Source: Pseudomonadota bacterium
GTDB lineage: Bacteria; Bdellovibrionota_B; Oligoflexia; Oligoflexales; RGVZ01
Length of the DNA: 64,000 nt
Direction of reading: 5' to 3'
Assembly: GCA_041178085.1 (NCBI GenBank)
Contig: JBEGVZ010000019.1
Location: 1-64,000, forward strand
The translations under genes were made by a program, and so were the position numbers. Shown here piece after piece: positions 9,473 to 19,027 of the stretch. Within the stretch, counting starts at the first letter, position 1. Each line of letters begins with the position of its first letter. Under the pieces are notes generated by a model, which saw only the letters and a program-made list of their open reading frames with translations, searched no databases and was not told the origin of the DNA.

Positions 9473-10723
9473 TCAGCCCCTGGACCGGATCGCGTTCAAA
9501 TGACGCGCCTCCAGGGCAACAAGATCTTTCCAGCGATTGAAGGGCACAAACCTTCGGTAATTACCGCTGTTTTTCTTTCCCGACGCAGCGCGCTCCCGCG
9601 CCTCGTTGACGACCTCATAGTAAACAGCGAGCGTGTTACGCGCAACACGGTACCAGTTGAAACGCTCGACCTGCTGCCTTCCGCGCGCGACAAAAGTCTC
9701 GCGCAGCTCTTTATCAGTCAACATCCGGACCATTGCCTGCGTCAGTTCCTCGACACTGTGAGGATTGACCATCAAAGCTGCATCGCCAACTACCTCCGGC
9801 AAGGAGGATCCATCCGAAGTCACCACCGGCGTACCGCTGGCCATGGCCTCAAGCGGCGGCAGGCCAAAGCCCTCGTAAAGGCTGGGATACGCAACGAGCG
9901 CAGCGTTCACGTAATAACGACGAAGCGTCTCGTCATCGATGAAACCCTCGAAAACAATGTCCCCGGCAAAGTCCTGGACCCGCAACTGGACGTCTGCGAA
10001 CAGCGGGCTTTCCCCGCCAACAAGAACCAGCTTGTGCTGGATCTCTGGATGCTGCCGGCGCATGTTCACGTAGGCTTCGATCAAGGTATTGATATTTTTC
10101 CGAGGTTCAAGGGATCCCACATAGAGTACGAAATCCTTTGGCGGCTCCCGGCCTGAACCTCTGGCTGAACCCAGGCTCCCGGCATCACCCAGGAAGATAT
10201 CGTCGACGGCCCAGTACACGAGGCTGACCTTGTCTGCCGTCAAGCCACAAAAATGCATCAAGTCATTGCGCGAATTATTGCTGCAGGTGATGACGCGCGA
10301 CGCACGCCGGGCCAGCCGGGGGATGATGAAGTTATAAACCGTGCGGAAAAGGAAACTGTACCACTGGGGATTCACGACGAAGCATAGGTCGTGAATGTGA
10401 ACCACGGACGTGCCCCGGTAAAAAAGCGGCGCCACATTGGCGGGTGAGTGCAGGATGTCGACATTGTGCTTGCGCGCCAGCACAGGAAGCCAGAACTGCT
10501 CCCAGATGTGGTTCATGACGCTTTCACCTTCGCGCAGGTCTGATTCGATCACTTCCACGTTCGGATGGTTCCACTCAGGGCGCCCTGCCTGCCCTTGACC
10601 AGTGAAAATCAAGTAATGGTTTTCCCGGTCGACCTCGACCAGGGTCCGGATGAGGTTGAACGCCGCGCGCTGGACCCCGGTGCGTTTGGCCACCAGGAAG
10701 CGGCCGTTAATTCCGATTCGCAT
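9473..10723 (-). CDS. Glycosyltransferase family 4
   Basis: [33 protein letters not shown]. Confidence 0.92.
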   Translation of the reverse strand: MRIGINGRFLVAKRTGVQRAAFNLIRTLVEVDRENHYLIFTGQGQAGRPEWNHPNVEVIESDLREGESVMNHIWEQFWLPVLARKHNVDILHSPANVAPLFYRGTSVVHIHDLCFVVNPQWYSFLFRTVYNFIIPRLARRASRVITCSNNSRNDLMHFCGLTADKVSLVYWAVDDIFLGDAGSLGSARGSGREPPKDFVLYVGSLEPRKNINTLIEAYVNMRRQHPEIQHKLVLVGGESPLFADVQLRVQDFAGDIVFEGFIDDETLRRYYVNAALVAYPSLYEGFGLPPLEAMASGTPVVTSDGSSLPEVVGDAALMVNPHSVEELTQAMVRMLTDKELRETFVARGRQQVERFNWYRVARNTLAVYYEVVNEARERAASGKKNSGNYRRFVPFNRWKDLVALEARHLNAIRSRG

Positions 10724-11891
10724 CGGCAACCTCCAATGCGCCATGCGCAATGCCACCCATTGCCGGCGCGTGCTGTAACTCTGCGGGCAGCCGTCCGCCG
10801 CGCCCACAAGCCTCGTAAATCTCAAGGGTCTGGCGGGTCATCTCCTGCCAGGAGAACTGGCGGGCATGGGCAACGCCGTGCTCCTGCATGCGGCGACGTG
10901 CGGGCTCATCGGCCAAACCAGTCACCAGCGCCCGCGCCAGATCCTGGTAGTCGAAGGGGTTGGCAAAAATTGCCAGGTCACCAACGACCTCCGGCAAGCT
11001 CGAAGAACGCGCAACCACAACGGGAGCGCCGCAGGCCATTGCCTCAAGGGGAGGCAGACCAAATCCCTCATAAGTCGAGGGATAAACGAACAAGTCGGTC
11101 AATGAATAGACGGCTGGCAAATGGACCTCATCGATGAACTTGGAGAAATAGATGAGATGCTTCTTGCCGTATTGCTCGGCAACACTGAGGATCCCCGGGT
11201 CAAACGGACAAGCCAGGACCAAAGGGATCGACAGCCCCGAATAACTGTATGCCCGCACCAGCTGGTGCACGTTCTTGTGCGGCTTGTTGTTGGTCAGGCA
11301 AAAGACAAAGCGTTCCGGCAGTTCATAAATATCACGCACGTACTGCAAAGTTTCCGGGTCGGTGATTCGCCGGTAATTAGGCGACACACCGTTGTAGGTC
11401 ACCGCAACCTTTTCCGGCGGGACCATCAAGTTCCGGATGATTTCCGAGCGACTGAATTCACTGACCGTCAAGATTGCTTCCGAATGCCGGATGCAGCGCT
11501 TGACGAAAAAGCTGTAATAGGCCTGGTGAAAGGGCGTGTAAAACTGCGGCAAAACAAGGTGGTTCAGATCGTGGATGGTCATCACTGTCTTGCACGGCGA
11601 GTAAAAAGGCGCCACGAAAGACGGCGAATGGAAAAGATCTGACTTGATCCGGCGCAGGATGCCCGGCAGCTCAAACTGCTCCCCCAGACTGATCCAGCGC
11701 GTCCTCGCATGGACCAGCCTCATGTTCGAGGGCAAAGCCATGGATTCAAGCGGGGAATCCCGGTTGACCAGGATACTGAACTCATGTGCGGAGCCGATTT
11801 CGCGAAGGCAGCTGAGCAGCTCATAGACGTACCGGGCGATGCCGTGCATCGTCCCCGATTTCAACATCCTTGCGTCTATGGCAACGTGCAC
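10707..11891 (-). CDS. Glycosyltransferase family 4
   Basis: [31 protein letters not shown]. Confidence 0.92.
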   Translation of the reverse strand: MHVAIDARMLKSGTMHGIARYVYELLSCLREIGSAHEFSILVNRDSPLESMALPSNMRLVHARTRWISLGEQFELPGILRRIKSDLFHSPSFVAPFYSPCKTVMTIHDLNHLVLPQFYTPFHQAYYSFFVKRCIRHSEAILTVSEFSRSEIIRNLMVPPEKVAVTYNGVSPNYRRITDPETLQYVRDIYELPERFVFCLTNNKPHKNVHQLVRAYSYSGLSIPLVLACPFDPGILSVAEQYGKKHLIYFSKFIDEVHLPAVYSLTDLFVYPSTYEGFGLPPLEAMACGAPVVVARSSSLPEVVGDLAIFANPFDYQDLARALVTGLADEPARRRMQEHGVAHARQFSWQEMTRQTLEIYEACGRGGRLPAELQHAPAMGGIAHGALEVADANRN

Positions 11892-11989
11892 TGTTCCCTC
11901 CGCCGGCGGCCGCTCCCGGGCCCGACATCCGTACAATTACGGACTTAGCCCAGAGAGCGGCACTCAGCAAAGGGTTTAGCGCGGCGGGC

Positions 11990-12673
11990 TCAGAACGCCA
12001 GGCCGAACTCGATTGCCGGCTCGAGGCGGGTCATGTAGCGGCGGCGAAGCGTAGCCTTGTCTTCGTCCGACATCGCGGACGCTTCGGGGCTCAGTTCTGC
12101 CTTGTCTTCGAAGCGGGCATCGAAGTGACGCAGCCCCAGGCCGCCACCGATGGACAGGGGAATGGACTGGGCAACCCAGCGGTAACCGGTCCGGGCATGG
12201 GCGGTCAGGCCGCGAGCCGTGTACTCATGAATGACCTTGCCGGCATCGTCCGTGATCAGGGCCATGCCAGAGGACAGGGCGAGGGCGCTGGGGTTGGTCT
12301 TCCACGTCCCCTTCATGTCGCGGACACCCGCGCCAAGGGTCCAGAACCAGCCAGACATGTTTGACGGCTGGCTGTAGCGGCTAAGAAGGACCGAAACGTG
12401 ACCCCCTTTTGAAATCATCGAATCACCGGTCTCTGCCATTTTGTCTTCGGTGTACTCCTCGGCTTCCATCATCGTCGCGCCTTCAACGGCGATGGTGGCC
12501 CCCTTGAGGTTGTATTCACCCCGGAACGCCGCATCCCTGGTCAGGGTAATGATGGGAATGGTCAGGATGAATGACCTGCTGCCGGCTCCGCCACCGGAAC
12601 CGGGCGCAGCAAATGCCACGGTCGGGGCCGCAACCACGGCGCACAATGCGAAAAATTTTGTGAAAGTCTTCAT
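11990..12673 (-). CDS. Secreted protein, probable outer-membrane beta-barrel
   Basis: Signal peptide ending AFA; amphipathic strands; C-terminal IEFGLAF. Confidence 0.65.
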   Translation of the reverse strand: MKTFTKFFALCAVVAAPTVAFAAPGSGGGAGSRSFILTIPIITLTRDAAFRGEYNLKGATIAVEGATMMEAEEYTEDKMAETGDSMISKGGHVSVLLSRYSQPSNMSGWFWTLGAGVRDMKGTWKTNPSALALSSGMALITDDAGKVIHEYTARGLTAHARTGYRWVAQSIPLSIGGGLGLRHFDARFEDKAELSPEASAMSDEDKATLRRRYMTRLEPAIEFGLAF

Positions 12674-12806
12674 GGGTCACCTCTTGGGGTAATGACGGAC
12701 TCGCCTTGCCCCCATTGTAGCAAGTTGCTATGCAGGCTGACCCTGCGTCAAAAATCTGGCAGGAAGGCGCGCGCAAAAGCTGACAACCGCTGAGACAGGA
12801 CCGGCA

Positions 12807-14228
12807 ATGGCCCAGAAAAAAACCCACGATTCCCAACCCCTGCGCCCCCGCGCCCTGCTGGCGTCCGTGCAACTTCCCGGCGTCAGCGACGCAGAACACG
12901 AGGCGTCCCTGGCCGAGCTTGCCCGGCTGGTTCACACGCTCGGCATGGATGTTGTTGAAACCATTACTCAAAAAAGAGCCTCCCCGGCTGCAGGGTCGGT
13001 CGTCGGGGACGGCAAATTGCGGGAAATCGCCCGGTGGACGGGGGGCAGTGGCGTCGTCACCGCCAATAAGCCCGTGGTCCGCACCAAGGCGGGCGTCCAC
13101 GCAGAGGTCGAGCCCGACGAAGAAACAACGATCGATCCAGAGGCCGATGAAGCAGGCGAGGGTATTGATAGCGCGGGAGATGAAAAACCCGAGTCGGAAC
13201 GTGTCAAATTCGTCGTGTTCGACAACGACCTGACTCCGACGCAGCTACGGAACCTTGAGGGGGCGCTTGGCGTCGAAGTCCTCGATCGCACCGGCGTGAT
13301 CGTCGAGATCTTCTACCGGCATGCAAAAACTCCTGCCGCACGGGCACAGGTCGAAATCGCAAGACTGACTTACCTGGCCCCGCGCATTCGTGTCACCGGG
13401 GCAGGGGAGCGCCAGGGGGGCGGCATCGGTGCCAAGGGCGTCGGGGAAACCGCGCACGAGCTGGAAAGCCGACGCATCAGGGACAAAATTGCAGCACTGC
13501 GGCGTGAAATTGAAACCATCAACAAGGACCAGGCCCTCAGGCGCAGCCGGCGCAGGGAGCAGGCAAAGGTGGCACTGGTCGGATACACGAACGCCGGTAA
13601 ATCTTCGCTCATGCGGGCGTTGACCAAGAGCGAAGTTCTGGTTGCTGACAAGCTCTTTGCCACCCTCGACACGACCGTCCGGGTGATGTACCCCGAGACC
13701 AAGCCGCGCGTTTTGATTTCGGACACCGTCGGTTTCATCAAAAAACTGCCGCACGACCTGGTGGCGTCCTTCCGCTCCACCCTGGACGAAGCTCTCGATG
13801 CATCGCTGCTGCTTTTTATCGTAGACGCGTCTGACCCGGCTTTCCGGTCGCAACTGGAAACGACTCGCAAGGTCCTTGCCGAGATTGGCGCCGACGACTC
13901 GGACAGCCTGCTGGTCCTGAACAAGGTCGACAAGCTTCAACCCGTCGAAATCGCAGCCCTCAAGCGGGAGTTCAAGGACCCGGTGTTCCTTTCGACCCGG
14001 GACAAATCCAGTGTCGCTGCCCTGCACGCGACCATCCAGGCCTGGTTTGAACGCGGAATGGTCGAGTCCGAGATCTTTGTCCCCTACAGCAAAAGTGCGG
14101 CGGCCGCCGAAGTCCACGCGACGATGCGTGTCCTGACGGAAAGCCACGAGGACGAAGGAACAAGATTCCAGGTCCGTTCGTTTCCGCAGGACGTGGAACG
14201 GCTCAGAAAGACCTTCGATCTGGCTTGA
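12807..14228 (+). CDS. hflX: GTPase HflX
   Basis: LTPTQLRNLE, GYTNAGKSS, LFATLDTT, DTVGFI, NKVD. Confidence 0.95.
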   Translation: MAQKKTHDSQPLRPRALLASVQLPGVSDAEHEASLAELARLVHTLGMDVVETITQKRASPAAGSVVGDGKLREIARWTGGSGVVTANKPVVRTKAGVHAEVEPDEETTIDPEADEAGEGIDSAGDEKPESERVKFVVFDNDLTPTQLRNLEGALGVEVLDRTGVIVEIFYRHAKTPAARAQVEIARLTYLAPRIRVTGAGERQGGGIGAKGVGETAHELESRRIRDKIAALRREIETINKDQALRRSRRREQAKVALVGYTNAGKSSLMRALTKSEVLVADKLFATLDTTVRVMYPETKPRVLISDTVGFIKKLPHDLVASFRSTLDEALDASLLLFIVDASDPAFRSQLETTRKVLAEIGADDSDSLLVLNKVDKLQPVEIAALKREFKDPVFLSTRDKSSVAALHATIQAWFERGMVESEIFVPYSKSAAAAEVHATMRVLTESHEDEGTRFQVRSFPQDVERLRKTFDLA

Positions 14229-14298
14229 GATTTCCCCTGTCCGGGTTACCATTTCGGCATTGAGCGATCAAAAGCCTCAAACCAGATGGACGGGACTG

Positions 14299-15087
14299 AT
14301 GAAAGTGATTGCCCACCGCGGCGCCAACCGCGAGGCCCTTGAAAACAGCCGGGCCGCCTATGACCTGTGCCTTGCCGGCGGGGCCACGCGCATTGAGCTC
14401 GACGTGCAGCTCAGTCGTGATGGCCACGCCGTCATCAACCACGACGACTTGCTGGGTCACACCATCGCACCGGAACATTCCGGTGGTCACATTTCCCGGA
14501 TGACTCGACGGGAACTTTCGCGGGTGCGCCTTGCCAACGGCGAACCACTTCCATTCCTGGACGAGATTGTCGACGAATTCGCAGACCGCATTGAACTGAA
14601 CATCGAAATCAAGGGGCGCAGCGAGCAACTGGCTGCGGAAGTGGCACAGGTCTGCCGCAAGCACGGTCGCCTGGATCCGTTTGTCATTTCATCTTTCGAA
14701 TCCGAGCCCCTCGTTTACCTTAAAGAACATCACCCGAAACTCCTGCGAGCATGTTTGTGGGGAAGCGATAACCTCTCTGGCAGGAACTTCAGCAGATTCG
14801 CACCGCCTGTCTTCATGGCGATGGCCGGGGCACACATCTTCCATCCGGTCGCCGACTGGATCGACGAGAACCTGATGGATCAGGCCAGGGCGCGTGGCTG
14901 GCTGGTTTACGGTTGGGTCCCGATGGCTGGCGAGACCACCGGGCGTGAGGCCTTGTGGAACTACCTGGCTGCGATCGGCGTTGACGGGCTTTGTACAAAT
15001 TATCCGCGAGAGATGAACGAATGGATCCGTGGGGTCGAACATGATCACGAACGAATCAGCAAACTCGCCCGTCAGCCAAGCGTCTGA
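14299..15087 (+). CDS. Glycerophosphodiester phosphodiesterase
   Basis: IAHRG..EN, IELDVQLSRDG..V..HD, NIEIK, GVDGLCTNYP. Confidence 0.9.
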   Translation: MKVIAHRGANREALENSRAAYDLCLAGGATRIELDVQLSRDGHAVINHDDLLGHTIAPEHSGGHISRMTRRELSRVRLANGEPLPFLDEIVDEFADRIELNIEIKGRSEQLAAEVAQVCRKHGRLDPFVISSFESEPLVYLKEHHPKLLRACLWGSDNLSGRNFSRFAPPVFMAMAGAHIFHPVADWIDENLMDQARARGWLVYGWVPMAGETTGREALWNYLAAIGVDGLCTNYPREMNEWIRGVEHDHERISKLARQPSV

Positions 15088-15985
15088 CTTGAGCGCCAGG
15101 AAACGCACGTGGCAGATTTCCCGTACGTCGGGCGGCCTGCGTTATGGCGTCAGCCTGCCTGAGGGGGCAGAAGCGGGCGACATGGAACGATTTGTCGTAT
15201 TCCTCAACGGTCGCACCGAATGGATTGAAAAATATGGCACTCTGCCGGTTGACCTGGGAATGGAGGACGATGTCGGGTTCCTGACGTGGGATCACCGCGG
15301 TCAGGGTGCTTCAGGCGGCGATCGCGGCTTCATCGATGACTACGAAGCCTACGGCGAAGACGCCCAGAAAATTGTGCAGCGCGTGGTGAAGGCCCGACCT
15401 TATGTGGCGATCGGCCACTCGATGGGGGGACTGATCTGCCTTCACTCCATCATGAAGGGGAAGCTCAAACCTGCTGCCGCCGTCTTGTCTTCACCACTCC
15501 TGGCACTTCCAGGGCGTCCTGTACCGGAAGCCCTGGCCAGACCCCTCTCTTCCGTGCTTGGGACACTCGCCTTCACAACCAGGTTATCAACGGGAGCTGG
15601 TGCCTTCACCAAGGGACCTTTTGAGGGTAACCCGCTGACCAGCGACCATGATCGTTACCAGTTCATCAAGGCCACTCCTTATCCCCTGGGCGGTGTGAAG
15701 TTCGGCTGGGTCCGCGCAACTTTTGATGCCATCGACTTCGTCAACAACAGCGATAACTTGAAATCCTATCAAGTCCCGACACTGGTCCTGTCGGGCTCAG
15801 ACGAACGCGTCACCGATCCAGCTGGAATCCAGGCATGGCTGGCAAATGCTTCCCAGTCATCGCGCGCGAAAATCCAGTTTGATGTGATTCACGGCGCGCG
15901 ACACGAACTGTTTTCCGAAACGCCCACTTACTACAACCGGGCCCTTGAAATGGTCCGGCAGTTTTTCAACAGCGCAGCACTTTGA
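15041..15985 (+). CDS. Alpha/beta hydrolase, lysophospholipase L2 (PldB)-like
   Basis: GRTE.IEKY, DHRGQGAS, GHSMGG nucleophile, GARHELFSE. Confidence 0.85.
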   Translation: MITNESANSPVSQASDLSARKRTWQISRTSGGLRYGVSLPEGAEAGDMERFVVFLNGRTEWIEKYGTLPVDLGMEDDVGFLTWDHRGQGASGGDRGFIDDYEAYGEDAQKIVQRVVKARPYVAIGHSMGGLICLHSIMKGKLKPAAAVLSSPLLALPGRPVPEALARPLSSVLGTLAFTTRLSTGAGAFTKGPFEGNPLTSDHDRYQFIKATPYPLGGVKFGWVRATFDAIDFVNNSDNLKSYQVPTLVLSGSDERVTDPAGIQAWLANASQSSRAKIQFDVIHGARHELFSETPTYYNRALEMVRQFFNSAAL

Positions 15986-16005
15986 TGTGCTAAAATCCCT
16001 GATCT

Positions 16006-16584
16006 ATGATCAAGGATGCCTTTAAACGAATCTTGCCCGCCGGGGTGCCAGTATCTTACGTCACTGCGCTGGCGCTGTGGGCTGTTGCCGAGGCGAACTT
16101 CTGGTTCGTCGCACCTGATTTCCTACTGGTGCCGCTCGCAATTTTCTTTCCCAGCCAGTGGTTTCGCATCGCCCTGACCGGCTGGGGGGCCTCGGTCGCC
16201 GGAGGCGCCCTTTATTTTGCGCTGGTTTCTGCCGGACCAACCACTGCGGAATCCATCCTTGGGCACACTCCGTTTGTGATCCCCAGGATGCACGAATTCG
16301 TCCGCAGCCTTTATACAAGCCATGGGCCTTGGGGAGGCCTGGCCCAATCATGGTCTTTCATGACTTTGAAAGTCTGGACGTATGAAGCTGTCAGGGCCGG
16401 ATTTGATTTCCTGCCCTACTACCTGATCGTTTCGTTTTCGCGCATCTTCCGACTTTTTGTCGTGACCTGGATCGCCGCCCGCTTGTCCCGCTGGGTGCTA
16501 CCCGTCTGGAGCAAATACCCCAAGATCACCTGGGTCATCTACACTGCCGGGTTTCTGGCAATGTTGGTTGTCATGGAAGGATGA
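16006..16584 (+). CDS. Membrane protein, YqaA/VTT (DedA superfamily)-like
   Basis: WAVAEA.FW..PD.LL, SVAGG..Y, K, SRIFR pattern; several TM segments. Confidence 0.6.
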   Translation: MIKDAFKRILPAGVPVSYVTALALWAVAEANFWFVAPDFLLVPLAIFFPSQWFRIALTGWGASVAGGALYFALVSAGPTTAESILGHTPFVIPRMHEFVRSLYTSHGPWGGLAQSWSFMTLKVWTYEAVRAGFDFLPYYLIVSFSRIFRLFVVTWIAARLSRWVLPVWSKYPKITWVIYTAGFLAMLVVMEG

Positions 16585-16591
16585 GGATTTC

Positions 16592-17296
16592 ATGCAAGAA
16601 ACAAAAGAAACCGCGTCGGACCGCAGGCCAATTCCAGCGCGAGAACACAAAGCCTCCCGGCAGGTCGCTCACTTCCTCGCCTCTGCGGGTGTAACCCCCA
16701 ACGCGATCTCGGTCGCAGGCCTTTTTGCGGGCTGTGCCGGCGGACTGGCGATTGCAATGACATCCGTTTCGCAGGAGCACCGGACGGCTTGTTTTCTAGG
16801 CGGTGCGCTACTGATTCTGTGCCGCCTGCTGGCCAACATGTTTGACGGCATGGTCGCAGTCCTCAATGCTCGCCCAAATCCGCTTGGTGAGCTTTACAAC
16901 GAGATTCCCGATCGTTTGACGGATGCGGCAACCCTGATCGGCTGCGGGTACAGCATCAACAGCTCCCCTGCCGCAGGCTACGTGGCTGCTGTGTTTGCAA
17001 TCATGACAGCCTACGTCCGTTCCGTCGGCAAAGTGGCAGGCGCCCCTTATGTCTTTGCTGGTCCGTTTGCAAAGCAGCAGCGCATGTTCCTTTGCATCTT
17101 CGCCTGTTTGTGGGTCGCCGTCTTCCCCGGGTTGCTTGACCTTTCGCTAACGCAATCGGCCAGCACTAACGGAAATTACTCGGTCATGGCACCGGTGTTG
17201 TGGATCATTGCCGTGGGATCGGCCATCACATGTGTGCGTCGTCTTTTCTCCATCGCAGACCATCTGCAAGCTAAACAATCAAAGACCGGAGCTTGA
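16592..17296 (+). CDS. CDP-alcohol phosphatidyltransferase (YnbA-like)
   Basis: TPNAIS, NMFDGMVA..GELYNEIPDR.D motif. Confidence 0.9.
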   Translation: MQETKETASDRRPIPAREHKASRQVAHFLASAGVTPNAISVAGLFAGCAGGLAIAMTSVSQEHRTACFLGGALLILCRLLANMFDGMVAVLNARPNPLGELYNEIPDRLTDAATLIGCGYSINSSPAAGYVAAVFAIMTAYVRSVGKVAGAPYVFAGPFAKQQRMFLCIFACLWVAVFPGLLDLSLTQSASTNGNYSVMAPVLWIIAVGSAITCVRRLFSIADHLQAKQSKTGA

Positions 17297-18282
17297 GCGT
17301 GAACTCCATTCCTCCCCGCTACCTTGATTTTGCAACGGCTTTTGAGCCAGGAAGCTTCAGGACACTCGCGCTGTTGATTGGCGGTATATTCACTTTTGCC
17401 ACTGTGGTGATTGCAGCCCTTCACCTGGCGGGCAAGTTGAAGCCGGAAAAATCTCGTGAATTAAAGCTCCGAATGTGGTCCTGGGCGGCGATCATCCTGA
17501 TCTTCATGGTCCCGATATCCGCAGGACAAGTGCCGGTCATGGTGGCCATGACCGCCCTGAGCCTTTTTTGCTTCAACGAATATGCGCGCGCTGTCGGATT
17601 GTTTCGTGAAAAGACAATGTATGCCATCTGTGCCGTCGGAATCCTGCTCGTCAACCTGGCCGCCGCCGACCGCTGGTACAACTTCTTCAACGCACTTTCG
17701 ATCCTGACATGCGTCGTATTGTCCGGACTTGGGATATGGAAGGACCAGCCCAAGGGATACACCCAACGCGTCGGCCTTGCCGTCTTCGGTTTCATGTTCT
17801 TCGGTTACGGACTCGCCCACGTCTCCTATCTGGCAAATGACCCGAACTTCCGTGGGATCATCACATTCTTGATCCTTTCCACGGAGCTCAACGACGTGTT
17901 TGCTTACGTCACTGGCCACTTGTTTGGCCGCAAGAAGCTTGCACCGAATACCAGCCCGGGAAAGACCATTGCCGGATCCATCGGCGCACTCATTTTAACC
18001 ACGGCGCTGGCAGGGTGCGTCGGTCCTTTAATATTTGCCGGTACACAGATGGCAAACGTCTGGCTTTGTCTGCCGCTCGGCCTGATCATCAGCACCAGCG
18101 GACAACTCGGTGATCTGATGCTTTCATCCGTAAAACGAGACATCGGCGTCAAGGATCTGGGGTCGGTCATTCCCGGCCACGGAGGGTTTCTTGACCGCTT
18201 TGACAGCCTGGTCCTGGTAGCCCCAGCCGCCTTTCATTTCATCAACTACTTCAACGGGATCTTCCCGCAAGGAATGAACTGA
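17293..18282 (+). CDS. Phosphatidate cytidylyltransferase (CdsA/YnbB-like)
   Basis: ND..AY..G..FG, SPGKT, GDL.S.VKRD.GVKD.G..IPGHGG.LDRFDS. Confidence 0.92.
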   Translation: MSVNSIPPRYLDFATAFEPGSFRTLALLIGGIFTFATVVIAALHLAGKLKPEKSRELKLRMWSWAAIILIFMVPISAGQVPVMVAMTALSLFCFNEYARAVGLFREKTMYAICAVGILLVNLAAADRWYNFFNALSILTCVVLSGLGIWKDQPKGYTQRVGLAVFGFMFFGYGLAHVSYLANDPNFRGIITFLILSTELNDVFAYVTGHLFGRKKLAPNTSPGKTIAGSIGALILTTALAGCVGPLIFAGTQMANVWLCLPLGLIISTSGQLGDLMLSSVKRDIGVKDLGSVIPGHGGFLDRFDSLVLVAPAAFHFINYFNGIFPQGMN

Positions 18283-18294
18283 ACGGAGGCTTTG

Positions 18295-19026
18295 ATGACA
18301 AACCAGCCATGGCAAATGAAGCCGGCGAAGGACCTTGGCCTTGGGCCCCTTGAGAGGGCAAAAAGCCTGAGGCGGGATCCTGGTCCCGTCAGTTTTTTTT
18401 CCCGCAATATCTTCTGGGCAATGGCGCACTCAATGCTCAAAACATGGAATGGATTCACGGTCGAGGGTCGCCACAATTTGCCAGAAAACATGCCCTTTGT
18501 GCTGGTGGCAAATCACAGCAGTCATCTGGACGTCATGATGATGACCCTCTCAGTGCCGGTACAAATGCGCGTGAGACTTTTTGCGCTGGCAGCCGAAGAT
18601 CACTTTTTCACAAAAGTGAGCTCAAGTTTTTTCACCAGCATCATGATCAACGCCCTGCCAATGTCACGCGCCGGGGGTGGCAAGGGACGAGAGGCGATCG
18701 AGACATTTCGAGAACGCCTGCTGACGGAATCTTGCGGGATTATTATTTTTCCGGAAGGGACCCGGACGCGCGACGGCAAAGTCGGCCGGTTTCGCGCGGG
18801 GATCGGCAACCTGGTCGCCGGCACCAACATTCCCGTGGTGCCTTGCTGGATTGACGGTGCTTTTGCAGCATTCCCGGCAGGGCGATTGATTCCGCGCCGA
18901 AAAAAAATCACCATCCAGATCGGGAAGCCACTGACGTTTCAGGATTTTGCGACGGACAAGGATGGTACCGAACAGGTGGCAAAACAACTGCAAGATGCGG
19001 TCACGGCTCTGAATCCCTCACGTTGA
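18295..19026 (+). CDS. 1-acyl-sn-glycerol-3-phosphate acyltransferase family (PlsC-like)
   Basis: NHSSHLD and FPEGTR motifs; GGAGG RBS. Confidence 0.9.
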   Translation: MTNQPWQMKPAKDLGLGPLERAKSLRRDPGPVSFFSRNIFWAMAHSMLKTWNGFTVEGRHNLPENMPFVLVANHSSHLDVMMMTLSVPVQMRVRLFALAAEDHFFTKVSSSFFTSIMINALPMSRAGGGKGREAIETFRERLLTESCGIIIFPEGTRTRDGKVGRFRAGIGNLVAGTNIPVVPCWIDGAFAAFPAGRLIPRRKKITIQIGKPLTFQDFATDKDGTEQVAKQLQDAVTALNPSR

Positions 19027-19027
19027 A

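Noticed and set aside
12700..12800. Possible sigma54 or riboswitch element between the barrel gene and hflX
   Set aside because: GG-N10-GC spacing is not satisfied and no aptamer motif was recognised
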